DNA of 64,000 nucleotides from Paraphysomonas bandaiensis (taxonomy: Eukaryota > Protista > Chrysophyceae). Under the pieces are notes generated by a model, which saw only the letters and a program-made list of their open reading frames with translations, had not been told where the DNA came from and did not search any database. The stretch spans positions 1-64,000 of the forward strand of contig CBFFRP010000073.1 of the NCBI GenBank assembly GCA_965644295.1. The letters are read 5' to 3'. Positions 13,496-26,273 of the stretch are shown here, in pieces (position 1 is the stretch's first letter; every line of letters starts with the position of its first letter). Made by a program: the position numbers and the translations under genes.

Positions 13496-13846
13496 ACTAA
13501 CTACTTATCTGGTGTCGGTTCTTAACGCCTACTGCTAATAACAAGACTTTCACACATACGGGTGGCAGACTTAACTTCATCATAGTCACATAGCTACAGA
13601 ATATTTTTGACTGTATACTATTTTTTCTCACATTGTTCTCAATAGGTGGTAAGTACGTAAGTACAGCACTTATCTCGGTACCACTCAGACACTACACAAG
13701 CTTCATGAACACGACAATGATTGACAGGAAAACATTGTAATATACCATTTGCAGTACTGTTTGGCCCTTGCACAAAAATACTAGTTATTACAATAAGCAT
13801 ATAGTATATTCAAATACGTTAATTTTAGCCTTCAACCAGGGCTACA

Positions 13847-14628
13847 TCAATTGGGCATTCTAGATATCATGTGAGACAGTCCTAATTCGCCCATTTGCTC
13901 AGTCAGTCGTGATATTTCATTCTGTAGTCTTCTTAAATTTGCAGTTCCAGGCTTCTGGTCAGCGCGTGATATATGCTTTATTGCACTTTGCACATTTCTC
14001 TTAACGACAGGGATTGCACCTATTGTCTCTATCTTCTCCTGTAGCCAAGCACGTCGCTTCTTCAACAACTTTTCTTTTCTATCAATCATGTGACATATAT
14101 GTGCATTGGCAGTAGATATTGTCAGATGTCTGTCAAAAACTTTGACTTTAGCTCCTAAAAACAAATCATCTTCGTCCAGCGGGCCATCTATCAAACAACA
14201 TAATATAAGCCAGATAAAGCCATTATCATCGCAGTACACTTACAAGGACCATCAATTTTCGAAAACACCCAAGAAGCATGTACACCATCAAAAGTAATTT
14301 CAAAGTGTTTGTCTCCAGGAAAGTAACACAGATTCATTCCATATGATAACACATTTCCATTTAATCCCAATTCCTTCCATTCACATCGAAAGGCTAAACA
14401 ATCATCTCCAGTTGCAGCCGGTTGAGCGCTACTCTTACCCGATTCTTTAGTTGAAGATAAAGTACAAACTCCATTTGATACTTCTTTAGTTTCAAAGCTT
14501 GAGAGATACTGTTCTAATGGATGAACTGATGTCTCCTCTCCTGTGACGTCATTTATGTAGACAGGGGAGTCGTTTACTGTCTCAGATCGCCAAGGAGGAG
14601 GTAGAGGGAAATTCATTAAGGTACTCAT
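13847..14628 (-). CDS. WW-domain protein of unknown function (2 exons)
   Basis: N-terminal LPPPWRSE...VYINDVTGEETSVHPL WW-like motif; intron ~14192-14242 joins the two ORFs; C-terminal coiled coil. Confidence 0.7.
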
Positions 14629-15118
14629 GTGATTGGTAGTAAGTAACGAGTGTTATTGTGAGTATAGTATGTTCTGATTAGCTCTTAATAACTCTGTAAC
14701 TGTCTGTATCATGTAGAGAGGCTGTACCAGTGTATGTATACCGTATAGCCATACAGGTGGACATGTACAGTATATAGAGAGGTATGTGTATGTGTATAGA
14801 GGTGTATGTACAGAGGTGAAAGTTGTTCCTTTTTTTCCGTTTCTGTTATCCGTTTACGGTAGTTCAATGTATGTTGTATTCCTTGCAGGGCGTATTCTGG
14901 TGTATATGGTGGTGTTATGTATGGGCCCGGCCGTTAACTCTGAGTGATGTTTATGTTATATGAGTGACATTTAAATTGTTTTGCATTAAAACTAACAGCA
15001 TACTTGCTAAGATCACAGCCGATGCGTGATAAATTTCCTGTTATGTATACTCTTTTGTTAGGATTCATTAATTGAAATTTGTTTGTGTTTAGTATTCGTT
15101 GTTTTAAGTTCAACAGAT

Positions 15119-16511
15119 ATGAAAGCAGCTGTGGCAGAAAAAAGAGAAATAAAACCTAAATTGGCTGGAAGAAGAGAGAATGAACCCGCGAATATTCCTC
15201 AGTCAGATGCATTGCATCCACAGAAAAAAAGAAAGAGCGTATTGGGAACTGCGCTTCGTGTAAGACAAACGGAAAACTGCAGTGTGTCCGATGCCAGACG
15301 TGGCAGTGATGTGCACGCCACTTCTAATTCTGCGTGCCAGTCATCATCTTCAAACACAGTTTCATTATGTGCAGCTAAAACGGACAAGGTTACTGAACAC
15401 ACACCATTGCGCACTAAGGTAGCTCAGAACGCTACGGCCGAGAAGGATGAGTTTAATAAAAACACAACAAAGAAATGGAGTATTGACAGCTTTGTACTTG
15501 GAAGAGCTCTTGGAAAAGGGAAGTTTGGAAATGTTTACTTAGGCCGTGATAAAGAATCTCAGAAATATATTGCCTTAAAAGTGTTGTTCAAGGCACCTCT
15601 ACGTGCCGCTAATAGTGTGCACTCTTTGCGACGAGAGGTTGAGATTCAGAGTCGCTTACGACACCCGAATATTGTCAGACTGTTTGGGTAGGTTCTGATA
15701 TTCAGTTTTAATTCGTTTTAATATATTGATTCTTATTGTAGATATTTTCATGATGCCAAGAATGTGTATCTCATTTTGGATTATCTGCCCAATGGTGAAT
15801 TGTTTAAATATATAGCAAATCGTGGGGGTCGCGTGGAGGAGAAAATGTGCCGGTCATATATGAAAATGCTGGCGGCTGCGGTTCTTTATATGCATCACCA
15901 CAATGTAATTCATAGAGATCTCAAGCCGGAAAATGTTCTCATGAGTACAGACGGTACCCTAAAAGTAGGATCCAGAATGAATGGCTATATATATCTTACT
16001 GTTATTTTCCTCCTTAGATTGCCGATTTTGGATGTGCAGTGCTGTTACCACCACCCCACACTGATAGGCGAACTGTATGCGGTACGCCAGAGTACTTATC
16101 ACCTGAAATGCTGAGCGGTGCTGGTCATGGATTCCCTGTGGACATGTGGGCACTAGGCATCTTTATGTACGAACTCTTAGTTGGAAGGTTAGTACCTCAT
16201 CCCGTTAAAAGTATTGTGATTTGATACTTTTTATTCACGTTAGAACACCTTTTGTTGAAGCGCGCGGAGATGGATCTCGAATAGCTGCAACAACGTATGA
16301 CGTGTGTACAGAAAAAGAAATATGGGTAACAAAAACTTATGAAAGAATTAACCGATATGCCACTACCTCTCCCACTGAGGTTCCGTACGATTCTGACTCA
16401 ATTGTATCAGAGGAAGCTGGTAAAGTTATTCAAGAACTGCTCTGTCCAGATCCAAACAAACGATGTACTGCAGCTACTTTGATGTCAAATTCTTGGGTTA
16501 TTCAGAAGTAG
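15119..16511 (+). CDS. AURK: Aurora-family Ser/Thr kinase
   Basis: [80 protein letters not shown]; 3 short introns. Confidence 0.93.
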
Positions 16512-16937
16512 ATTCTGGGGAAATAGATATTATGGCTATATTCACTGCATACAACGTATTATATATTTGTATAGATACGCTATATTTCATTGCCCATTCT
16601 AAAGTGGACTAAGTAGTGTTGACGTAACTTTGCACTTTCGATTTATGAATTACACAATGATTGAATAACACATTAACTTATAATTGATAGCAAGTTTCTT
16701 ATTTCTATTTACATCGTGCTTTCACTTGTACACGTAAAACAAGAGATTGTGTAGATATGAAGTATATATTTCACACCAGCGGGCTGGGGTTAGTATTAAG
16801 ATTCATTGATTCCCTTATATTCCTTAACGCGTAAATACAACACATGTATACAATGAAATATCAAATAGACTGAATAATTACGAAACTATATATGAAACGC
16901 GACTGTACAAGATACGCATACACCATCCGCTACCAAA

Positions 16938-17074
16938 ATAAGATTTAAAGCTAGTCTTGCTATTGTGCTGTTAGGCTTTATCCTCCATGTGAAGTTTATA
17001 TATACATTCAATCTTTATCTCTTATAATACAAAGTGTATCTTTACTGAATACTAAGGCTAGCTTTAAATCTTAT
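16938..17074. mobile_element. MITE-like element with 21-bp terminal inverted repeats, TA-flanked
   Basis: ATAAGATTTAAAGCTAGTCTT (16938) versus AAGGCTAGCTTTAAATCTTAT (ends 17074): one mismatch; non-coding interior. Confidence 0.55.
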
Positions 17075-18219
17075 ATGTTAGCTCTTATACCCGTTAGTTA
17101 TTTTTCTTATTGATTTGGGTATATTACGACCTGTATTTCAATATCTATCATAATTACGACCAAACATATAGATTTCTGTCCTTCGTAGCTCGTACTCATC
17201 CATTAGTCATGTATTAATAGATTAGTGGTAACATATGACAGAAACCGTGCGCAAGTTCCATTAAGATACACTCAGGCCTATGTGTGGGGGCGGGTGATCA
17301 TATGGCAGAATCAATACCCTACCCCTAGCGCGATAGCAGTCGCCTATAACTGGACCAAACATACAGAATATATATATATATATATATATATGGTATGGTA
17401 CTGCATACGCAATTAAGATTTTGACAAGGCAGTTCCAGCCAATATTTGAGGACATACTCTGTATATCAGGATATTTCAGTTCTAGGCCTGGATATCCGGA
17501 TATTCCGAATCCAAAACTGTACTAATAAAAAGGGTGCAAGGGAAACAAGTCGCACTGGTTCAAAGAAGTGAGCTTCCTCCAATCAAATGGCACCATTTCA
17601 TCGCACAATAAAACAGTCGAAGTGGTTTGTATATGGAGTGTACGTATACAGCACTGCTGACTACAGATAGACAGATAGGAGACGCAGCTATGTATGTATC
17701 AGCGAACATACAGCTCAGTCGTTAGGTAGAAGTGGCAGCAGACGGCTATACAGTCTCTGTGGTTATATTAATTGAAGTATTGAACTATCGCTACTGATGT
17801 CACTTTTCAAATCGAAGTTACTCATCGCGATACATCAGAACTTATGGTTTCAGAGTATGGTGTGTGTAAGATTCATTTGATACTGATACAGCTACACGAG
17901 CATTGGAGAGTACTGTACGAGTAACTAGACATAGATAGGAAGTAAATAACAGTGTCTCTGTCTTAATTGAATACCTCTATAGAGTTTATCTCGTGTATGT
18001 TTATATGCAGCTAACTGTCCGTTTATCTCATTGTGTTGTTGTCATAGATTAGAGAGATATTACTATGAGCTGTTTGGCTTGAAAGCTTTGTGTCTGTGAG
18101 TGGATTTGAGCCTTTTTTATACGAGGAATTGCAGTGTACACAATACATGTAAGTGATTCTCGTGCGGGGTGTGTGGTGTATGTTACCACTGCTTCTTCAT
18201 AATTCCGATTGTAGTAGAG

Positions 18220-21200
18220 ATGTCTTGTGGAGGCTGTAGACGCGAGCTTTCTCCAGAGGAGCGAATGCTGGAGAAAGCCTTGAAAAGAAAACGGGAAAAA
18301 GAAATAGTAAAACAAATTCAGGAGAGGTGAATGTCGTGGTGTATTCTTGGTCTATTGTGATTGATTTTTCACAGTGAAACAGTGGCTACTACAGCGCTTG
18401 ATCGCAGTGTAAGTAAACAGGTTTCAGCCAATTATACCTCTGAAGACGATGATGATTCTATTGTATTGGAAGATCACGAAGTGTTAGACACATTATCCTC
18501 TCTATCAGTAGACTCACCTGGGTCCGATATGTCGCTAAGTGATTACGCTTTTGCAAAGCCAAAACTTTCACCTGTTGAAGTCCGCAAGTACTTCGGAAAC
18601 CCGGCGCGTAATCGCTTTTTTAAGCATTATCAGTGGCTGAGTAAGCAACAACGGCTGCAAAGTCTGCCAAAAACCATCGAAGAGGACACCGAGCTCTGTC
18701 GTGGTGCCGCGCTTGTGTTCGATAATACTGATGACCCCGACTCTGATATGTTTCGCAGTTGCAGAGAAGATGAGTGTGTAGATGCTGCAGATAGCATAGA
18801 TGAGATTGACGCAAAGTACAGCGAAAAGACTCAAGCTTTGGTCAATACCTTACGAGCGATCACGCCAGATGTATATAATCTGCCCCAGCAAGGCTCAGGT
18901 ATGACAGAGCCGACATCTCCGCGGAGCAAGTATATTATGGGGTGTTTGTTTCGTAAAATCAATCCTAGAGCTTCCCTTATAATTCGGAAAAAGTTGACGA
19001 GGGAACTTCACCTTGAGCACTACGGCATTGGTGATGAAATGGCCCAACAAGTAGCAGCCTCACTTATTGATCTTCCTTTCGTTAGCTACTTAAACATATG
19101 CGATAACAACCTCACTGATGCGGGTCTCCGACCTATTTTGGATGCAGTAATGACCATGCCGAATTTACTAGAATTAAACTTGTCCGAGAATATTATAGGA
19201 CCATTAACAGCGGATGCAATGTCTACGTTTTTGTCCCGGCGACCAGTTTGTCCGCTTGAAAGATTAATTTTACGGAAAGCTAATGTAGATGATTATGAGG
19301 GCGAAAGATTTGTACAGGCACTTATTGGCAATGATAACTTTGTTGGGCTAGACCTTTCTCAAAACCAGATTGGTGATGCTGAGCTATTGAATACTGTCAA
19401 GCCAAACCTTATAACCGCCACAGAGGCATTGGCCAGTTTATTGAGATCACCAACATGCAAGTTAGAAGAGCTAAAAGTGTCTTGGAATATGATTCGGTTA
19501 GATAGTGGAGTTGACTTTGCCCGCTCTCTTTCTGTAAATAGGTCTTTGACATACTTGGACGTATCATACAATTCATTGGGACACTCGGGGTATGTTGCTG
19601 AATTACGTTTCCTGTCTCCCCAACTAATTTATCGGATTTGTGTACAGAGGCATAGCCTTAGGAGATGCATTGTTGGACAATAAAGTTCTCTCAACTATAC
19701 TACTGGCAAATAATAATATTGATGCAATGGCCTGCTTTGTTATATGTGTAGCCGTGGAACAGAACCCCTCTCTTCGTCGATTAAGCTTGGATGGAAATCC
19801 AATCGGGGAGCAAGGAGCACAGTGTGTAATGAATGTACCATCAGTGGTAGGATGCAGAGTGGAAATAACAGCGGCTAATTGTAACACTGCGCTGCGCTCT
19901 GTCGACGAGTTAGCTTTTGATTATAGCAATACGTGCAGAGAATATACTCTTGATATGGCTGATTCCGTTCAAAGGGCAGTGGCTTTCAAGTTGCTTCACA
20001 TTGTCGCTAATCACCCATCGTATGTGTTTTCGAAGTTCTCGTATGCGCCGTCCACATCGAAAAAGACATCCTCGAAACTAATGTGGATTCCACTGGATTT
20101 AAAACAGGTTATTTCTACGAAGTGAAATATGCTGTTTTCATTTTGATTGTTCAGGTCATGATAAAAGATAAGGTGCAATACTTTACGGATGACGAGAGAG
20201 AGGTAGTAACAGTTCAATATCAAGTTATATATGGTTTTATACACAGTAGATTTTAGAAAATTTGGAGAAGCTAAGGGAATCTGCCAGGAGCTCGGAAAGA
20301 GCGAAACTCTTGTTCAATCAATTTGATATAGACAATTCCGGGGAAATTGATAAAGATGGTACAATTATTATAGATGTTTATCAAAGCGTATCTGAGTTCT
20401 CCCTCCGTAGAATTATTTCAACTTATGAAAAGTATTGGACTTGATATTGATGAAACTGAAATAGAGGTGCGGTTTAATCTATAACTGGTTTCAAGACCAA
20501 TAAAATGTGCAGGACATGATGGCCATGTTTGATATCAATGGAGACGGAACAATAGAATTACCAGAATTCATTAATTTCATAAAGTATCAATACAAGAGTG
20601 CGATAGCTAGGATACGAGATATGACTGAATCACCAGGTAATGCTAGATCATATACATGTACTCATTAATCACTTGCGAAGCTATGGTTCTGAGCTCGGAT
20701 TTATCACACACACACCGTTATGTTCCTCCAAGGACAGGAATATTACATATAGAGGTGCTGTCCTTGACTGAATTTTGTCGTGTTTTATTCCATGCTAGGT
20801 TGTGGATGGTTTTGTTCTGAAAGAACATTTTCAAGTCATTACGTCTACAATTCGTCGCAATTCTACGAATGTGGCTAGAAATATGGGGGTAATGATACTT
20901 GTCAATATATGTCGACCTAATTGATTTCTTGAAGGACGTTGCCAGCCTTCTGTCATTCGTTGTACAAAATTCGAAGGTGGCAGCTGCATGTATTGATTTA
21001 TTCTATACGCTTAACATGGGTATAGTTGAGGTTAGGTGATGCATTTTCATTTTATGAAACTATGTATGCGGATATGGGCGATAAAGCAAGAGTTTTGGCG
21101 AAAATTCTTCCACAGGTGACTTTATATTGTCACTGTTGACGATATTTAATGAGACCGTAGATGGCTTCGGCCACAGAGGCAAGGATGCTTGTGTCAAAGG

Positions 21201-24191
21201 TTACAAACGATGATAACATTGAGGTTGGTGTGGTGTGAGATGAATTTAGTTGTTAACCTTCTTGTATAGGCTACTCGGATTAAACAAGTGATGGGCCAGT
21301 CATTGAGGTACCATATAACGATTGCGTAATTATTTGATAATATTCTTAGACCGATATTTGGGTTGGTAAATGGGTATTACTGTTTGGATCTGTCAAAAGA
21401 GAACGATAGGTCAATGAATTATTTTTTATAATTTGTTTTTGTAATCGCACACGTAGAACATGCTTGTCGAAGCTTTTAGAGATTAGTAAAACAGAAAATC
21501 AAAAGCGAAAGTCGGCGAGTAAGTTGGGATATGGAAGAGTTGGAGACACAAGTCAAAAAAGAAATTGGTCATGCTTCAGAAATTCTTTGTGAGTACAAAT
21601 ATTAATACCTTTTGAATATGGGTCACTTGTTCGATAGATTGGATGGAAATCCCGTTGTCATTACAATACAGATGTTTACTCCGATGCCCAAGGTTTGGTA
21701 CTAAATTATTTTGAAATTGATGTGTGACTTTGATTCAGTTTGGAAGGTTGGAATTTGACTTTTGCAACATTGCACGTCCTTCATGGGGCCAGCAAGCATT
21801 GAGTGATGTAAAATGTGTAAAGGTCTGTCATAATATGTTGTACTAAAGGGGTTGATACATTTTTGAAGGTCTTGATAAATTTGAGTTTGATATATATTGA
21901 TGATAAAGATGAGGCCCTTCGAGTGCTAAGGAATATGAGACAGGAGACAACAAAATGCATAAGAGGTATATATAACTATTAATTGCCTCATGCGTTATGA
22001 TTGGTTTGGCAGATTATAGATCTACTCATTTCGCATGTACTGAGAGTAAAGCTCAAGTAAGTTACCAGCTGTGATTATTTGTACTTTCTAAGATGTTCAA
22101 ATTTAGAAAATTGGAATTGCATCTCGTGTTTTCTATGAAAGCGTCCCAGTACGGCAGTCATACCTTCAAGAAGTATTGTAGTTATATGTATTCAATTTGT
22201 TTTATTTGATACGCACTTACTCACTAGGGATTGAAGAAAGAAGAGATAAAAGTAGACTTCACGTCGAATACCTCAGCACTTCTAATTCATAGGGTATACA
22301 GCGCATTGTGCGGCGTAAAATATATCCTTACATTGTATAACAGGCACATAGTAGTACGAGTTGCAATTCTTTTATGAGACAAAAGTAAGATGGTGATATT
22401 TCGATATTTATAATTAACGTTGCCACAGTTCTGATTCTGACGACCGGAAAGATAAGTAAGTTGATGGATTCGATATAATTTCTTGAATTTAACACATAAT
22501 ATTATATTCAGCAGTCCTGTTGAATTAAATGGTGTACAAAGCGTGGTGTGTATTTTGATTCGCTGATGCCAGTGTTGGAATTGATTTTTACGTATTCAGA
22601 ACGTATTGGATGACTACAGTGCGAATGTAGAGCAAGATCCCGTGATACCTTGTGATGGACATGATCAAAAGGTTTATTGAATAGATTTGTTTCTATATTT
22701 TACTGACACTGTGCGCAGCCACCAAAGGTGTCTAAGTCTGATAAAAGACACGACTGTCAAGTACGTTGCAATGCTAGCATTGAATTCAGAGTTCACTTAT
22801 TTTAAATTGCAGACAAAGATGCGAAGGAGACTAAGGCTTCTAATGTATATATTATATTTTTGAAATAATGTTTTTTGATGCCCTTTTAAGTCAATCAGAG
22901 GAAGTTAGCGAAAGTGCAAAAGCTTCTCGCATAGTGGAGAGAATGGAGGATGCGCTTGGACCATATTGGATCCGATGCAGGTGTTTCTTTTGTTCTTGTA
23001 AAGTTATGAATTTGATTATGAGATATATATTTAGGCATTTGGCATTCATAATATCTAAATTTTCTCATGGGAAAGTCGAAAAAGCCCGATGCTTTGGAAG
23101 TTATAGAGTAAGTCACATTTACTTGCTATTAATCTAACTACTGATATTATTAGGTGGAAGTGGTCGTCACTTTCTTCGAGAAGTTAATAGATATATACAA
23201 CTTTGAAGTAAGTTTGTTGTCTTTAATGTTTGTTTATTAAGTTTGCACTCATGCCAGCTTGTACTGAGAGAATTGTCGGCTTCTGAAACGGCTTGTGTTT
23301 ATTGTCGCCTGGGATGGTAACTTTTTTTGTTTTTTATTGCACTACTATAATTGTTCTCAGGTTAAATATTTACAACCCAATGAAGCCGGAGGTATTACCA
23401 CATTTCAAAGAAATAATATGTAAATGTTTATCACAGGGATCTTATGAACTAAACCTAGGTACATGGGAAGAGCGCCAGGTAGATTACGCATATCATGCAT
23501 TTTTGTGTTCCAGTAGTTGTATTATAGAATTAAGTGCGAAGAACTAATGCGATTTTAGGTGGCAAAGAGTTTGATAATATTGGCCATGGCAGAGCCAGGG
23601 GAAAATATATTAGGTTTTGATTTTGATTTTGTATGAATTGGGTAACCTGCTCTTTCAAGGGGAGAGATTTCGGTGGGATGCTATTATGGATCCTACACCA
23701 GGGTGGACAATAACACAGCCGTGGCTAACAGGTTAGTAAAGCTTCATAGCGTACTTATTACTCTTTGTAATAGTAATGGTAGATGATGGCATGGCCAAAA
23801 AGGGGATTTTAAATCTTACTTTCTGTTCTGCGGAATCTAGAGGCTGTAAGCCTGATATCGTCATGCGTCGGTCTCTGATGCAGATGGTACGTGTCGTAGT
23901 ATTATTTTCGAAAACCGGGTTTTATGTTACCGCAGGTTCTTTGTGATGAATATGACATATGCGAGGAGGATGATGTAAATGTTCCAGACCCGAGCCAGAG
24001 AGTTGGTGAGCAGTATATGGTGGAAAAGCAAGGTAACAGAAAAATATTGTGGATTGTCTTTCCTAATTTGATTTGCAGAGAAATGGTTACACTACTTATA
24101 CCCATTAAATGACATCGACACTTGTAGCCTCGATACAACGCAATCAAGTCTTCTATCTTCAGAGAAAAACAGAAGGGGTCCAAAAAAATAG
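18220..24191 (+). CDS. RNI-like leucine-rich-repeat + EF-hand protein, ~37 introns
   Basis: LRRs (LNICDNNLTDAG, LNLSENIIG, LDLSQNQIG, LDVSYNSLG, LSLDGNPIG) and EF-hands DIDNSGEIDKDE and DINGDGTIELPEF. A long chain of ~42-55-nt GT-AG introns runs from 20108 to 24078; stop TAG at 24189-24191. Confidence 0.8.
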
Positions 24192-24450
24192 TGTGTTTGG
24201 ACGATTATATCCTTGATGCTATTAGCTTAAGTTTTTGGATATATTTTATTAATATACAGCTGAGATATTACTAATATGAAGCAATACATTATACATTGAT
24301 TTTAATGTCGTGGCGAAATGAATTGTCTATATCATACGGCATGCGGCTCTCACACTAAAATGTCCTTACATCTACTATCTCACGAGAATTTCATAGTTAT
24401 AATATTTATATCATTGTGTCAGCACCACGAGAGTTCAATTCTAGAACAAT

Positions 24451-25341
24451 CTACGCACCAACAGAATTTTCTAAACACCCTAATCCATCTATCTCAATTT
24501 TAATCTTATCACCTGTTTTAAGTACACTGGGTGGGTCCATTGCGAATCCCACACCAGAAGGAGTTCCTGTGAGAATTATGTCTCCTGGATATAGAGTCAT
24601 CCCCTGCGACAGTTGCCGTATTATTTCAGGAACATTAAATATCATTTTACTAGTGCTGCTGTCTTGGCGAATTTCGCCATTCAACCACAGGCGTATACCT
24701 ATGTCGCTCACATCGATATCCCCTTTAGGAACAATATACGGGCCCATAGGGCACGTCTTGTCAAGGCACTTTCCCTTCATAAATTGTATATGACGCTTTT
24801 GCACTTCGCGAGCAGACACATCATTAGCAATAGTATATCCAAAAACATAGTCCATGGCACTCTCTTTCGGTATGTCGCATCCCTTTCTCCCTATGACAAC
24901 AGCGAGCTCAGCTTCGTAATCCAACCACTTCGTAGTAGATTTATGAGAAGGTATGTCCTCATGGGGACCAATCACACACTCTGGGACTTTAGAGAAGAAT
25001 TGAGGATACTTTGGTAGAGCTGGTGGCTCACTACTAGAGGTCTTCGCTACCTCTGTCACGTGGTCCATATAGTTCTTACCCACACAAAACAAGTTACGCC
25101 GAGGATAAGGGATCGGTGCAAGGAGACGGATATCACAAGAGTCACGAACACTGTGTGGAGGTGGGTTCTTAATGGCATCACGGATATCACTGAGAGCAGC
25201 GTCTCCTGCCTCTATAATAGCTGAGAGGGACGAGGGCAGAGACACTGACGACAGATCCATAACACCACTACTGGAAAGAACCGCACCAGCATGAACACGA
25301 TTGTTCTTGCATTGGTAGCTTACTAGACGAAGAATTGACAT
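24451..25341 (-). CDS. FAHD2: Fumarylacetoacetate hydrolase family protein (FAHD2-like)
   Basis: CVGKNYMDH, LDYEAELAVVIG, GYTIANDVSAR, GKCLDKTCPMGP, TLYPGDIILTGTPSGVG; single exon, 296 aa. Confidence 0.93.
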   Translation of the reverse strand: MSILRLVSYQCKNNRVHAGAVLSSSGVMDLSSVSLPSSLSAIIEAGDAALSDIRDAIKNPPPHSVRDSCDIRLLAPIPYPRRNLFCVGKNYMDHVTEVAKTSSSEPPALPKYPQFFSKVPECVIGPHEDIPSHKSTTKWLDYEAELAVVIGRKGCDIPKESAMDYVFGYTIANDVSAREVQKRHIQFMKGKCLDKTCPMGPYIVPKGDIDVSDIGIRLWLNGEIRQDSSTSKMIFNVPEIIRQLSQGMTLYPGDIILTGTPSGVGFAMDPPSVLKTGDKIKIEIDGLGCLENSVGA

Positions 25342-25371
25342 CGCAGACAGATTGCATTATAATCTGATCAA

Positions 25372-25424
25372 CATACCTACCTACCTACCTACCTACCTAC
25401 CTACCTACATACATACATACATAC

Positions 25425-25455
<31 letters not shown>

Positions 25456-25816
25456 CATACATACATACATACATACATACATACATACATACATACATAC
25501 ATACATACATACATACATACATACCTACATACATACATACATACATACATACATACATACATACATACATACATACATACATACATACATACATACATAC
25601 ATACATACATACATACATACATACATACATACATACATGCATACATACATACATACATACATACATACATACATACATACATACATACATACATACATAC
25701 ATACATACATACATACATACATACATACATACATACATACATACATACATACATACCTACCTACCTACCTACCTACCTACCTACCTACCTACCTACCTAC
25801 CTACCTACCTACATAC

Positions 25817-25847
<31 letters not shown>

Positions 25848-26059
25848 CATACATACATACATACATACATACATACATACATACATACATACATACATAC
25901 ATACATACATACATACATACATACATACATACATACATACATACATACATACATACATACATACATACATACATACATACATACATACATACATACATAC
26001 ATACATACATACATACTACATACATACATACATACATACATGCATACATACATACATAC
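25372..26059. repeat. Compound (TACA)n/(TACC)n microsatellite, ~690 bp
   Basis: Directly visible: two blocks, each (TACC)n - TACTTAC - (TACA)n. Confidence 0.98.
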
Positions 26060-26273
26060 TCCCTATTTCTAGGTACTATATCTAGATATTTGGGATATTC
26101 TGTGCAGAGGAGTAGGAATTCCTACTCTGTGTATATGGGGTTATATTCGTAATATTCTGCTGGGTCGACTTATTCCCGCAGACAGATATGGGTAGCTACA
26201 TCAAGAGCACCTTCTTGTTATCTGCTGGGTTAGCACTCTAACAGTCTCATATAATCAATGAATCAGTGTTGAT

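Noticed and set aside
25352-26152. ORFs reading TYIH/MYVC repeats
   Set aside because: Translation artefacts of the tetranucleotide microsatellite.
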